DNA of 64,000 nucleotides. Source: Bacteroidota bacterium (GTDB lineage: Bacteria; Bacteroidota; Ignavibacteria; UBA10030; UBA8401). This document shows positions 53,915 through 63,275 of the stretch, one piece after another. Under the pieces are notes generated by a model. It was not told where the DNA came from. It did not search any database and saw only the letters and a program-made list of their open reading frames with translations. Both the position numbers and the translations under genes were made by a program. How positions within the stretch are numbered: the stretch's first letter is position 1; the number at the start of each line of letters is the position of its first letter. The stretch spans positions 1,267 through 65,266 of the forward strand of contig JBMOHT010000001.1 of NCBI GenBank assembly GCA_049317705.1. Reading direction: 5' to 3'.

Positions 53915-56857
53915 TTAAAATTCGATCGTCGCGCCGACTTCGATCCTGCGCGGTTCGGAATAATTCTGCGGATTCGTGTAATAATCTGAAATGGTGTTGA
54001 TATACGGTTTCTGTCCGGAGAGCAATGCTTCGCGCTCGTATTTCGTTTCACCAGCTCTGCCGGTATCGCCGTAGACGCCGGTCTCATTCTTTGTATCGAA
54101 GATATTATTCACTCTCATGAAGAGTGTCACTTTCAACGCATCGAGCGAGATATTCTTGTATACGCGGACGTCGGTATTGAAATAGGAAGGTTTGATCTCA
54201 GAGTTGGTCAGGAACACGGTCACATCACTCGTCACATCAGGTGTATACGGTGTGCCGCTGCCGTATTGACTGATGATGCTTCCTCCCCACGTCTCCTCTG
54301 AATATGAGAAGATACCATTGATGGTGTGCCGCTGGTCCCATCCGAGCGGTGTCAGCTGCACTTCGGGAAGCTGTCCGCCTGCCACCTGATTACGGGCCTG
54401 GTTCGGATCCGATGCGCTTCCGCGTGCGATCTGGAACGTATAATCCACTGCAAGGGACATGCCCTGTGCGAACCGTTTGTCCAGCGAAAGGATGAAACCG
54501 CGGACAAAGCCGAAATCGCTGTTCACATATTTTGTATAGGTGCGTGATGCGAATCCGCCGCCGATCGGGATCTGATCCGCGCGTGAACCGGTGAGGTTAC
54601 GGATATCGCGGAGATACGCTGTGACATCGATGCTCATGTCGTCGGTCAGCTGCTGCTGAAGCCCGATCTCACCGTTGATCGTCTGTTCCGGTTTCAGATC
54701 GGCATTCCCGGTCGGTGCTCCGCTATGGTCAACATTACCGGTCCCTTCGCCGACCTTGAATCCTGGATTCGCATACAAACGTTCAAAATTCGGGGTCTGG
54801 AAGAAATGACCGTATGAGAAATGGATCACACCGCGGTCGGTGATCGGGAAGGATGCGCCGAAGCGGGGACTGATCTTGAATTTCGATGAAGCTTTTTTAT
54901 ACCAATACGTTCTGCGGTCTGCGACTGTTTTTGCTTTTTCGATTCCGTCCTGAATTCCGTTCCCGTTCGTATCAAAGAATGTGTTGATGACCTTTGCGGG
55001 AGAATAGATATTCGGATCCTCATCATCGGCAAGGACATTGGCATCGGGTTCAAAATAGTCCACCCGAACACCGATGTTGATGATAAGGTCCTTGAATTCC
55101 ATCTTATCCTGAAGATAACCGGAAAGTTCGATCGGTTTGTGTGTATACGTATCGTGATAATTTGAAGAATCGCTCTCGATGTACGTGGAGATATACGGAC
55201 TTGACTGGCCGTTCTTATAGGAAAGCTGACCCGGAACAGGGCGCAGCGTCAGGTCATCCATAAATACTTTATGCTGACGCACTTCAACGCCGGCCTTCAC
55301 GAAATGCTCGTTGCTCACCTGACTGCTCAGATCGAACTTCAGCAGACCAGTGGTCGTTGCACGCTGATACCGTCCAAGATCTGAACCGCCCGTGCTGTAT
55401 GAATACGTGCTTTGAGCGCGGCCGAGATTCGCAAGATCGGGATGGGTGTATCGGGTGTCGTAAGGATTTTCGTAGAGGTAATGTTTGAAGGTCTTTTCGA
55501 AATATGATCCGCCGAGAGTATAGAACGTTGTCGTGCTCAGTGTGTGGGTCAATTGGAAGATACCGGTATAACTCTTTGTATAATTCTTTCCCTGACCGTC
55601 CGGATTATACTGGAAGTCACGGTTGTAATCCTGCGATTCAACATTGTCATAGATACCGGTGATATTCAATTTCAGTTCGGGAGTGATCTTCATGGCAAGT
55701 TTTGCCTGCAGATATACTTTATCATTCCATCCCATCGGAACTGTCTTTCCGTCCCCTTTTCCGTTCGTGTAGAGATTCGTGAATGCTCTATAAGCGGAAT
55801 CGGCCTTTGCTTTGTTGATGGAATCCGCCTGCGCAAATGTCAGCGAACCGCCGGGGGTCACAAATTTAACATTGGCGAGTGAATAGATCCTATCGTTCAA
55901 AGTGTCCGTACCGAGGATGTACACTTCGTCTTTATCGAACCGTTTGGCTATAGCTGTGCTCGGAGTATACCGGCGGATCCCGTTCAAATAGCCGCCGTAA
56001 TGGATATTCCGACCGTTAAGATAGAGTGAGACATCCTTTCCGACGAGCGGACCGCTGATACTTCCTTCAATATTGCGGATGTTGAGCGGTTCAAATTTTT
56101 CGATCCCTTTGAAGATATTTCCGTGATTACTGAGGAAGTCACCAGCATATGCGGTAACGCTCCCTGAATACTTTTCCGCACCTTCACGAGTGACGATATT
56201 CACGATACCGGACATTGCCTGGCCGTATTCCGCATTGAATGCGCCGGAAAGGACCTGAAGTTCCTGCACCATACTCGGATTGACATCAACAACAGCGCTG
56301 CCGTTGAACACGTCCGTCACCGGCACACCGTCGATCCAATATGCAGTCTCACCGGAACGTCCGCCCCGGATACTCCCTGCGACGTTACCGGCCTGCAGAT
56401 TGATCACCTGGCTGATCTCTGTTACAGGAAGCTGCTTGATATCATCGCCGCCGACGACTGCGGTCGTCGAGGTAAGGTCCTTCTGCACCAGCGGACGTTC
56501 AGCAGTGATCACGACCTCATCACCGACGACGGTCTCTTCGCTGATCTTAAAATCCTGACGGGTGGTAAGGTCCGATGCAACACGAATGTTGGAGTAACTG
56601 ACTGGTGAATAACCGATGGACGATGCGCGGATGGTATACGTACCCGGCTGAAGATTCAGGATGAGATAATTTCCCTCAAAATCCGTCACCGCACCGTATG
56701 AAGTTCCGACAAGGATGATATTCACACCCGGAAGGTCTTCACCGGTCTTTGCATCGGTGATCTTTCCGACGATCTTACCGGTTGTGCCGGCAAATGAAAC
56801 GGAAGTAAGTGAAAGGAATGTGATGAATATTGCGAGAACGGTAACAATTTTTTTCAT
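53915..56857 (-). CDS. TonB-dependent receptor with an N-terminal carboxypeptidase-regulatory-like domain (SusC-type architecture)
   Basis: 980 aa with a signal peptide. The CarboxypepD_reg domain is GKIVGKITDAKTGEDLPGVNIILVGTSYGAVTDFEGNY. A plug domain follows, then a long barrel ending in RRIEVGATIEF. Confidence 0.9.
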   Translation of the reverse strand: MKKIVTVLAIFITFLSLTSVSFAGTTGKIVGKITDAKTGEDLPGVNIILVGTSYGAVTDFEGNYLILNLQPGTYTIRASSIGYSPVSYSNIRVASDLTTRQDFKISEETVVGDEVVITAERPLVQKDLTSTTAVVGGDDIKQLPVTEISQVINLQAGNVAGSIRGGRSGETAYWIDGVPVTDVFNGSAVVDVNPSMVQELQVLSGAFNAEYGQAMSGIVNIVTREGAEKYSGSVTAYAGDFLSNHGNIFKGIEKFEPLNIRNIEGSISGPLVGKDVSLYLNGRNIHYGGYLNGIRRYTPSTAIAKRFDKDEVYILGTDTLNDRIYSLANVKFVTPGGSLTFAQADSINKAKADSAYRAFTNLYTNGKGDGKTVPMGWNDKVYLQAKLAMKITPELKLNITGIYDNVESQDYNRDFQYNPDGQGKNYTKSYTGIFQLTHTLSTTTFYTLGGSYFEKTFKHYLYENPYDTRYTHPDLANLGRAQSTYSYSTGGSDLGRYQRATTTGLLKFDLSSQVSNEHFVKAGVEVRQHKVFMDDLTLRPVPGQLSYKNGQSSPYISTYIESDSSNYHDTYTHKPIELSGYLQDKMEFKDLIINIGVRVDYFEPDANVLADDEDPNIYSPAKVINTFFDTNGNGIQDGIEKAKTVADRRTYWYKKASSKFKISPRFGASFPITDRGVIHFSYGHFFQTPNFERLYANPGFKVGEGTGNVDHSGAPTGNADLKPEQTINGEIGLQQQLTDDMSIDVTAYLRDIRNLTGSRADQIPIGGGFASRTYTKYVNSDFGFVRGFILSLDKRFAQGMSLAVDYTFQIARGSASDPNQARNQVAGGQLPEVQLTPLGWDQRHTINGIFSYSEETWGGSIISQYGSGTPYTPDVTSDVTVFLTNSEIKPSYFNTDVRVYKNISLDALKVTLFMRVNNIFDTKNETGVYGDTGRAGETKYEREALLSGQKPYINTISDYYTNPQNYSEPRRIEVGATIEF

Positions 56858-56899
56858 TCCAGCGACTCCGAAATGATAGTATGAACAGCGTTGTTTCGT

Positions 56900-57934
56900 T
56901 TATTGTTGATGGAACACATATTTTTTGTTAGCACCGCAGCTTGCACGGACCACGAGCGACGGTTTGAAGTCCACCGATGTGACCGGTGCATTCGGATTCT
57001 CGATCCGTTCCAGCATCTTCTTGACGGCCAGTTCACCCATCTTGAACATCGGCTGGCTCATGGTCGTCAGATCGAAATTCTTTGCGAGTTCCACATCATC
57101 AAAACTGACGATCGCGACATCACCGGGGACGCTGAAACCGCTTTCACGCAGAGCAGCAAGAACGCCGATGGCCTGGATATCGCTGGATACGAAGAATGCG
57201 TTCGGCATCTTCGTCCCGCGTGCAATGAACTCTTTCATGCTGTGGTATCCGGATTCCCTGCTGAATCCGTCATTCTTTGCGTCCGGACTGATCATAATGA
57301 GGTCATCACTGACCTTGATACCGCGGTCGGACAAGGTAGATCGAAAACTGGAAAGACGTTCGCGTGCCGGAGAACTTTTCAGATTTGCATTGATCATTCC
57401 GATGGAGGTGTGTCCTAGTGACAACAGATGCTCCGTAGCGATCCTCGCCCCCATGGCATTATCAACACGGATTGAATCGAATAACGGATGGAATGTATCG
57501 ACCAACACGAGCGGGATCTTTCGGTCAAGGATCTCCTGAGCATACTGTTCAGGCAGTTCCAATGAAAAAAGCAATGTTCCGTCCACTCTCCCTTTTCGCA
57601 TTGACCGCTGAAGGTATTCTTCCACCTGATCCTGATTGTTGGCGCCGTGAATGATCAGATCATATCCCAATGTTGTCAGTGTTTCCTGGACCCCTTGAAG
57701 GACCTCAATGAAGAAATAATTCGTGAAGAAAGGAATGATGGCGCTGAGTGTATTGGATCGTTTGCGGGCCAATGCCTGAGCAAATGCATGCGGCTGATAG
57801 TTCAGCCGGCGGGCAATAGTAATAACGCGTTCGCGGGTCTCTGAAGTAACATTTGCGCTGTTATTCAAGACCCGAGAAACTGTACCAATCCCTACATTCG
57901 CTTCTCTGGCAATGTCGTATATCGTAACGGACAA
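56900..57934 (-). CDS. LacI-family transcriptional regulator
   Basis: 344 aa. The HTH is VTIYDIAREANVGIGTVSRVLNNS, followed by a periplasmic-binding-fold sugar sensor domain. Confidence 0.95.
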   Translation of the reverse strand: MSVTIYDIAREANVGIGTVSRVLNNSANVTSETRERVITIARRLNYQPHAFAQALARKRSNTLSAIIPFFTNYFFIEVLQGVQETLTTLGYDLIIHGANNQDQVEEYLQRSMRKGRVDGTLLFSLELPEQYAQEILDRKIPLVLVDTFHPLFDSIRVDNAMGARIATEHLLSLGHTSIGMINANLKSSPARERLSSFRSTLSDRGIKVSDDLIMISPDAKNDGFSRESGYHSMKEFIARGTKMPNAFFVSSDIQAIGVLAALRESGFSVPGDVAIVSFDDVELAKNFDLTTMSQPMFKMGELAVKKMLERIENPNAPVTSVDFKPSLVVRASCGANKKYVFHQQ

Positions 57935-58018
57935 TTGAATCCTTAATATTGAGTTTCTATGGAAGGGCTTTCAAAAGTAGGGTATTAAAACAAAATTGTC
58001 AAGTATATATTACGTTAA

Positions 58019-60010
58019 TCATTTGCTGTTGACTTTAACGCTAACTTTTTCCGTTACCGCCTGAAGCACTTCTTTGGTAGTATCATCCTGGACGAATGCT
58101 ACGATCGCCAACCGTGCGGGATCGATCTTGGTCTTATTCTCCTTAATAGCAGTCCCCATTTCGGCAAATTGAGTGTTGGCTTTTGTATAGTACGCTTCCA
58201 ATTCTTTCTGAACGGCCTTCAGATCGACCTTCTGGTTCACTGTTACTTTCCCATTCTTTGCGAATGCGAATCCATCGGTCGATTTCAGCATCTTCCGGAC
58301 GACAAATTTGTGCCGGTCGATCCCATTAGCTCCTTTATAGAAGACCTCATCCTCAACCAATGCGATCCTGAGCTTCAGGGATTTCCCCGGAGTTCCGGAC
58401 ACCGCGTCGGCGTAAACAGAAATGATATTCTTCTTCATCGCCGCTTTTACCGAGATCGTCACAGTCGTCGGTCTCTTCATCTGCCGCTCAATGATATCCG
58501 AATACAAAAGGAATTTGTTCCTCGCTGCAACCCTGCTGCCGCCCGATGAGTTCACTGTTGTTCCGCCGAAGACCGCTGTTGGCGTGCTGTTCACACCGTA
58601 GTAGTTCCCTCTGTTCTCGGAATCCATATTGACGAACGGATCGGGAGCCGGAATGTGGAGATGATATTCCAGGATCGCCAGCGAGGAGGTGCGGTACCGT
58701 TCGATCAGATAATCGAAGGCAACATCCGCGGCCTGACACGGACGGCATTCCGAGCCGGTGAAGAGTTCGGCGAGCACGACACGTTCGGTTTCATTCTTCT
58801 TCAGCTCCGTCGGCGTGCGGTGGAATTCTTCAGGAGTGAATTTGAGTGATGCTGCCTGATACGCAACGATCAGCGAATCCAAACTGATGGTCGGATACAG
58901 TTCATTCTTCAATGCGATCAATTTATCGTACACCGACGATGCTCGGGAACCCATCGCGCCGGCGAGATACACATCGAACGCTTCCTTCTTTTTCCCGAGT
59001 TTCTCCTTCACATCACCGAGCGAAAGGAATAATTCGGTCTCATTTGGTGACGCGAATGATGCTGCATCAACAAGATATTGTTCTGCATCAGAGTATCGGC
59101 CGAAATGGTAATATGTGAGTCCAAGAGCGGCCGCAGAACCGGAACGCTCTTCGATCGTCCGTTCCCGCGTTGCTATATACGAATCCAGAGAATATGCGAC
59201 AGCGGATTCGGGGAACATCTTCATCCGCGCAAGCGCTACACCGAGCACACTCTTTGCCATGACACTGTCCGCCGAATTACGAAGGAATAATGAGACAGCA
59301 TTCCTGTACAGACTGTCCCGCACGCGAGATGCAGAAGATGCTGCGACATTTTTAGCGATGAGCATGGAGTCGATCATCACATTGGCGAGACTCTGTTTCG
59401 GAAGCACGATGTTCCCAAGCACGATCTTCTGCATCCCGTTCAAAGCATCTCCCCCTTCGAACTGGATGAATCCGAGCTGAACGAAGAACGATACATACCG
59501 CGGATCGGTCGAGGAGTTCGGCGGAAGCAGTGACACGGTATGCTGCTGCACATTCAGTGCTTCGGTGTTCTTCTTTTGACGGAACAGGATCAACGCTTTG
59601 GTGTTCAGAAGGACAGGTTCTTCTTTCCCGTACAATGCAATGGCACTGTCGATCAGCACAGCGGCGGAATCGATGAAGACCTTCCGTTGAGCGAATTCGA
59701 ATGCGACGGCATTCATCGCGGGAACTCGCTGCGACGGATCGAGCAGGGAAAGATATTTCTTCACCGAAAAATATGCTCCGCTGTCGTTCTTCATATTCGA
59801 ATAGATCTGGAATTTTATCGCATAGGCATTCGGGATCATCTGACTGGTCGGATTCTCCGTGATGAACGCATTGATCTGTTCGATCTTCGCGGAATCGGTC
59901 GGGGCCTGAAGTGCCTTCTGCAGAGCGATCTGGTCTCCGTTGGACTGGCTGAGTGCGATCGAAGCAATGATTGAGATGGTGAGAACGAATGTAACGAACA
60001 GCTTCCGCAT
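58019..60010 (-). CDS. Secreted TPR-like helical protein with a C-terminal thioredoxin-fold (Omp28-like, CxxC) domain
   Basis: 663 aa. Signal peptide MRKLFVTFVLTISIIASIALSQS. Contains LAELFTGSECRPCQAADVAF...LEYHLH...TPTAVFGG. Confidence 0.5.
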   Translation of the reverse strand: MRKLFVTFVLTISIIASIALSQSNGDQIALQKALQAPTDSAKIEQINAFITENPTSQMIPNAYAIKFQIYSNMKNDSGAYFSVKKYLSLLDPSQRVPAMNAVAFEFAQRKVFIDSAAVLIDSAIALYGKEEPVLLNTKALILFRQKKNTEALNVQQHTVSLLPPNSSTDPRYVSFFVQLGFIQFEGGDALNGMQKIVLGNIVLPKQSLANVMIDSMLIAKNVAASSASRVRDSLYRNAVSLFLRNSADSVMAKSVLGVALARMKMFPESAVAYSLDSYIATRERTIEERSGSAAALGLTYYHFGRYSDAEQYLVDAASFASPNETELFLSLGDVKEKLGKKKEAFDVYLAGAMGSRASSVYDKLIALKNELYPTISLDSLIVAYQAASLKFTPEEFHRTPTELKKNETERVVLAELFTGSECRPCQAADVAFDYLIERYRTSSLAILEYHLHIPAPDPFVNMDSENRGNYYGVNSTPTAVFGGTTVNSSGGSRVAARNKFLLYSDIIERQMKRPTTVTISVKAAMKKNIISVYADAVSGTPGKSLKLRIALVEDEVFYKGANGIDRHKFVVRKMLKSTDGFAFAKNGKVTVNQKVDLKAVQKELEAYYTKANTQFAEMGTAIKENKTKIDPARLAIVAFVQDDTTKEVLQAVTEKVSVKVNSK

Positions 60011-60022
60011 AATTTCCCTTTG

Positions 60023-61267
60023 TTATTTTTCCCGTTGTGAATTCATATACAACCGCATTGCAATCCCGCTGACTGCGCAGATAGAGGCGCCGCAAAGGAT
60101 GGCCGGTCTCGGACCGATCTCGTTCGCGACCCATCCCATACCGAAATGTCCGAACGGTGCCAATCCTTGAAAGATCAGCAGATACAATCCCATCACTCTT
60201 CCCCGCATCGCATCCGGTGCACGCCGCTGGAACGTTGCATTTGCAGTAGAGATGAACATGATCAGTCCCATGCCGACAACGACAAGACTGTACAATGATA
60301 CGGCAACATTGGTGGATAAAGCAAATACAGACACTCCGACGATAAAAAGCGCCATTCCGGAATAGATGAATCTGCTCGGCCGGACCTTGCTTTCCGAACT
60401 TGCGACGATCATGGCACTGATGAACGCCCCGATGCCGAAGGACATCATCAGATTTCCCAATCCCACCGCACCGATATTCAGGACCGTGTCGGCAAAGATG
60501 GGAAGCAGGACGGTGTAGGACCATCCGAACACGGTAATGACGGCGACCAGTACGAGTACGGCGGTCATGGAACGGTCCGCCAGGACGTACCGGACACTTT
60601 CTTTTAAACCTCGAAGAACGCTGATCCGTTCCTTTGGGGCAGAAGAGCGTTGTTCGGTCTTCATCCTGAGCAGCACGATGATCACGGCAAGGAATGACAA
60701 TGCATTGAGGAAAAAACACCAGAAGACACCGGCGGCACCGATGATCACTCCGCCGATCGCAGGACCGATGATCCTGGCAGCATTGAATGATGCAGAGTTC
60801 AACGCGATGGCATTTGCAAGATTCTCTTTTCCCACAAGATCGACGACAAATGCCTGGCGTGCGGGAACATCGAATGCATTGATCGTCCCAAGCGTGAACG
60901 CCAGCACACAGACCATCTGCACTGTGGCCACATTATAATAGACAAGGGTTGTAAGGATCACCGCCTGGAATAACGAGAGAAGCTGCGTAATGAGGATGAT
61001 CCTGTGTTTAGGGAACCGGTCCGCAATGGAACCGCCGTAGAATGCGAACAGCAGCATCGGGAAGGTATTCAGGAATCCGATCGTGCCGAGCCAGACAGAT
61101 GAATGCGTCAGTTGGTAGACAAGCCACGCCTGCGCCATCGTCTGCATCCACGTTCCGACGAGCGAGAGGATCTGTCCGGAGAAGAATAACCGGTAGGCGG
61201 GCTGCCGAAGAGAACGGAAAGTCGGGATCGCTGTAATCCTGGTGAGGACATTATTCACTCTGTTCAT
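60023..61267 (-). CDS. MFS transporter (DUF894/EntS-like efflux type)
   Basis: 414 aa with 12 predicted TM helices. The N-terminus FRSLRQPAYRLFFSGQILSLVGTWMQ is typical of MFS_3. Confidence 0.8.
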   Translation of the reverse strand: MNRVNNVLTRITAIPTFRSLRQPAYRLFFSGQILSLVGTWMQTMAQAWLVYQLTHSSVWLGTIGFLNTFPMLLFAFYGGSIADRFPKHRIILITQLLSLFQAVILTTLVYYNVATVQMVCVLAFTLGTINAFDVPARQAFVVDLVGKENLANAIALNSASFNAARIIGPAIGGVIIGAAGVFWCFFLNALSFLAVIIVLLRMKTEQRSSAPKERISVLRGLKESVRYVLADRSMTAVLVLVAVITVFGWSYTVLLPIFADTVLNIGAVGLGNLMMSFGIGAFISAMIVASSESKVRPSRFIYSGMALFIVGVSVFALSTNVAVSLYSLVVVGMGLIMFISTANATFQRRAPDAMRGRVMGLYLLIFQGLAPFGHFGMGWVANEIGPRPAILCGASICAVSGIAMRLYMNSQREK

Positions 61268-61649
61268 TCCGATAGAACTTGAAGCTCAGATTCACCGCCA
61301 CATACATCAGTCCGCCGAATGTATCCGCCATGACATCGTACGGATCCGTGGAACGTCCCGGCGTGAACAATTGATGGAACTCATCCGAAATACCGTACAG
61401 AACAACGAACAGCACGGTGATGAGAAGAGAATATCGGCGGAGGAATTGATTTCCCTGATGGAAGAGCGCAACGTGTATCAGCCACGCCAGGATCGAGAAT
61501 ACACCGGCATGGACGAACTTATCGGAATAATTCTCCAATGCCGGAAGTTTCGCCATTGGGATGGAAGAAGCGACAAAAATGAAGAAACACCAAGCGATCG
61601 CCGGGAGTTGGAATTGGATGAATGAGATCGTCCGATCTTGAGAGTTCAT
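61251..61649 (-). CDS. VanZ-family membrane protein
   Basis: 132 aa. Contains DKFVHAGVF...YGISDEFHQLFTPGRSTDPYDVMAD. Confidence 0.85.
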   Translation of the reverse strand: MNSQDRTISFIQFQLPAIAWCFFIFVASSIPMAKLPALENYSDKFVHAGVFSILAWLIHVALFHQGNQFLRRYSLLITVLFVVLYGISDEFHQLFTPGRSTDPYDVMADTFGGLMYVAVNLSFKFYRNEQSE

Positions 61650-63214
61650 TACAGAAGAACCTTTCGTATCACCGTTGGTATAAATTCGATCATATCGCTT
61701 GCGATCATTCCCTGCATTCCGATCTTCTCCGCCGCTCTATCCCCTGCTGCGCCGTGGATGAAGACACCGTTGACCGCTGCATCAGCAGGATCGTTCCCTT
61801 GTCCCATCAGTGAAGCTACGATCCCCGTCAGAACATCCCCGCTGCCGGCGGTGGACATTCCGGGATTCCCGGTTGAATTCACCGTGATGTTCCCTTGTGT
61901 ATCCGCAACGATGCTCGGTGCACCTTTCAGCACCAGTGTCACTCCATATTTTTTGGAAAATTGTGCAGCGATAGTAAATCTGTTCTTGTCGATCTCTGAG
62001 GACGGGATTCCGGTCAACCTGGAGAATTCACCGAGATGCGGTGTAAGGATGATATTCTTATGCCTGCGGCCCTTGATGATATCAAGATGTCCGGATAGTG
62101 CATTCAATGCATCAGCATCGATCACCATCGGTTTGCGGCATGATTGGATCACTCTTCTGATCAGTTCCTGCGTCTCTGCATTTCGTGAGAGTCCACAGCC
62201 GATCATCAACACATCGCACCACGCGATCCTTTTTTCGATCTCCGCAAACGCATCGTAAGCAAGACTTCCTTCGAAAGTGGACGGCAGCGGCAGAGGCATC
62301 ACTTCGAGCGTCCGTTTTGCGGCGACCAAATACTCTGATTCGGGAATACCGAGGATCACTTGTCCTGCACCCGAACGCATTGCGGAACTGCTGCAGAGCA
62401 GTGCCGCTCCCATCATGCTTTTCGAACCGGCAAGTGCGAAGATCTTCCCAACTGAATGCTTATGACTGTTCACAGCACGTTTGGGAAGTGACCTTCGGAT
62501 ATCGTTTGTTTCTGCCAGAACGACATTCGTTTTCGGAACAGCTTTTTGCGGGATCCCGATATCAGCGACAGTAACTATTCCCGTGAATTCCTTTGCCTGT
62601 CCGCAATAGAATCCGATCTTCGGATTCGACATCGTTACCGTATAATCCGCCCGGAATGCATCGGTCTCAACATCACCTGTCAAACCGTTCAATCCTGTTG
62701 GGATGTCCACCGCGATCTTCAGTGCAGAACGTTTATTGCACCATTCCACAGCACGGAGATATTTTCCCTTTAGAGCTCCGCGAAACGATGTTCCCAGCAT
62801 TGCATCGACGATCACATCAAAATGCTTCTTTCGTGATGAAGTGAATGATCGGCCAAATCGGAGTATGTTCGTCTTCGGCAACAATTCGGCCAAGCATCCA
62901 TATTGAACGGCAGCATCCGGTCCTAGAGTCCTCTGATGTTCCATCAATACAGTCGACACATCATATCCGCGCTCTTTCAGTATCCTGCTGATGACGAAAC
63001 CGTCACCGCCGTTATTCCCTTTGCCGCAGAGAATTAACACGTTCACATTGAGGGATCTGTTTCCGGAAGGATCCATCGGTGTAATGATATTTCCGATGAG
63101 ATCAGCAACAGCAGTCCCTGCTTGTTCCATCAAAATTGCTGACGGTATGCGGAGCCGCTTGATAGCGGTCCCGTCTGCATGGTTCATCTGTTGCGGTGTG
63201 AGGATTGGTTTCAT
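61649..63214 (-). CDS. nnr: Bifunctional NAD(P)H-hydrate repair enzyme Nnr (epimerase plus ADP-dependent dehydratase)
   Basis: 521 aa. The YjeF_N module has LCGKGNNGGDGFV. The C-terminal carbohydrate-kinase module has GNPGMSTAGSGDVLTG. Confidence 0.9.
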   Translation of the reverse strand: MKPILTPQQMNHADGTAIKRLRIPSAILMEQAGTAVADLIGNIITPMDPSGNRSLNVNVLILCGKGNNGGDGFVISRILKERGYDVSTVLMEHQRTLGPDAAVQYGCLAELLPKTNILRFGRSFTSSRKKHFDVIVDAMLGTSFRGALKGKYLRAVEWCNKRSALKIAVDIPTGLNGLTGDVETDAFRADYTVTMSNPKIGFYCGQAKEFTGIVTVADIGIPQKAVPKTNVVLAETNDIRRSLPKRAVNSHKHSVGKIFALAGSKSMMGAALLCSSSAMRSGAGQVILGIPESEYLVAAKRTLEVMPLPLPSTFEGSLAYDAFAEIEKRIAWCDVLMIGCGLSRNAETQELIRRVIQSCRKPMVIDADALNALSGHLDIIKGRRHKNIILTPHLGEFSRLTGIPSSEIDKNRFTIAAQFSKKYGVTLVLKGAPSIVADTQGNITVNSTGNPGMSTAGSGDVLTGIVASLMGQGNDPADAAVNGVFIHGAAGDRAAEKIGMQGMIASDMIEFIPTVIRKVLL

Positions 63215-63218
63215 AAAA

Positions 63219-63256
63219 CAAAAAACCGTCCAACCTCAATAAGAAGCGGACGGCTT
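63219..63256 (-). terminator. Probable terminator after nuoN
   Basis: On the minus strand CCGTCC, a 16-nt loop and GGACGG are followed by TTTTTTGTTTT. Confidence 0.5.
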
Positions 63257-63275
63257 TCAAAGGTCAGGATCGGAA

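Noticed and set aside
45716-57934. A search for a SusD/RagB-like gene, a transposase, an integrase, or other mobile or defence genes around the receptor locus.
   Set aside because: No ORF has the size, position and TPR-rich lipoprotein character of SusD. No DDE, tyrosine-recombinase, Cas, restriction or toxin-type motifs were seen anywhere in the window. The locus looks chromosomal, not mobile.
59352-60719. A 455-aa minus-strand ORF, one of the longest in this part of the track.
   Set aside because: It spans the junction of two well-supported genes (the TPR/thioredoxin protein and the MFS transporter) in another frame. Its product is an Arg/Cys/His-rich low-complexity string with no motifs, so it is an off-frame artefact.
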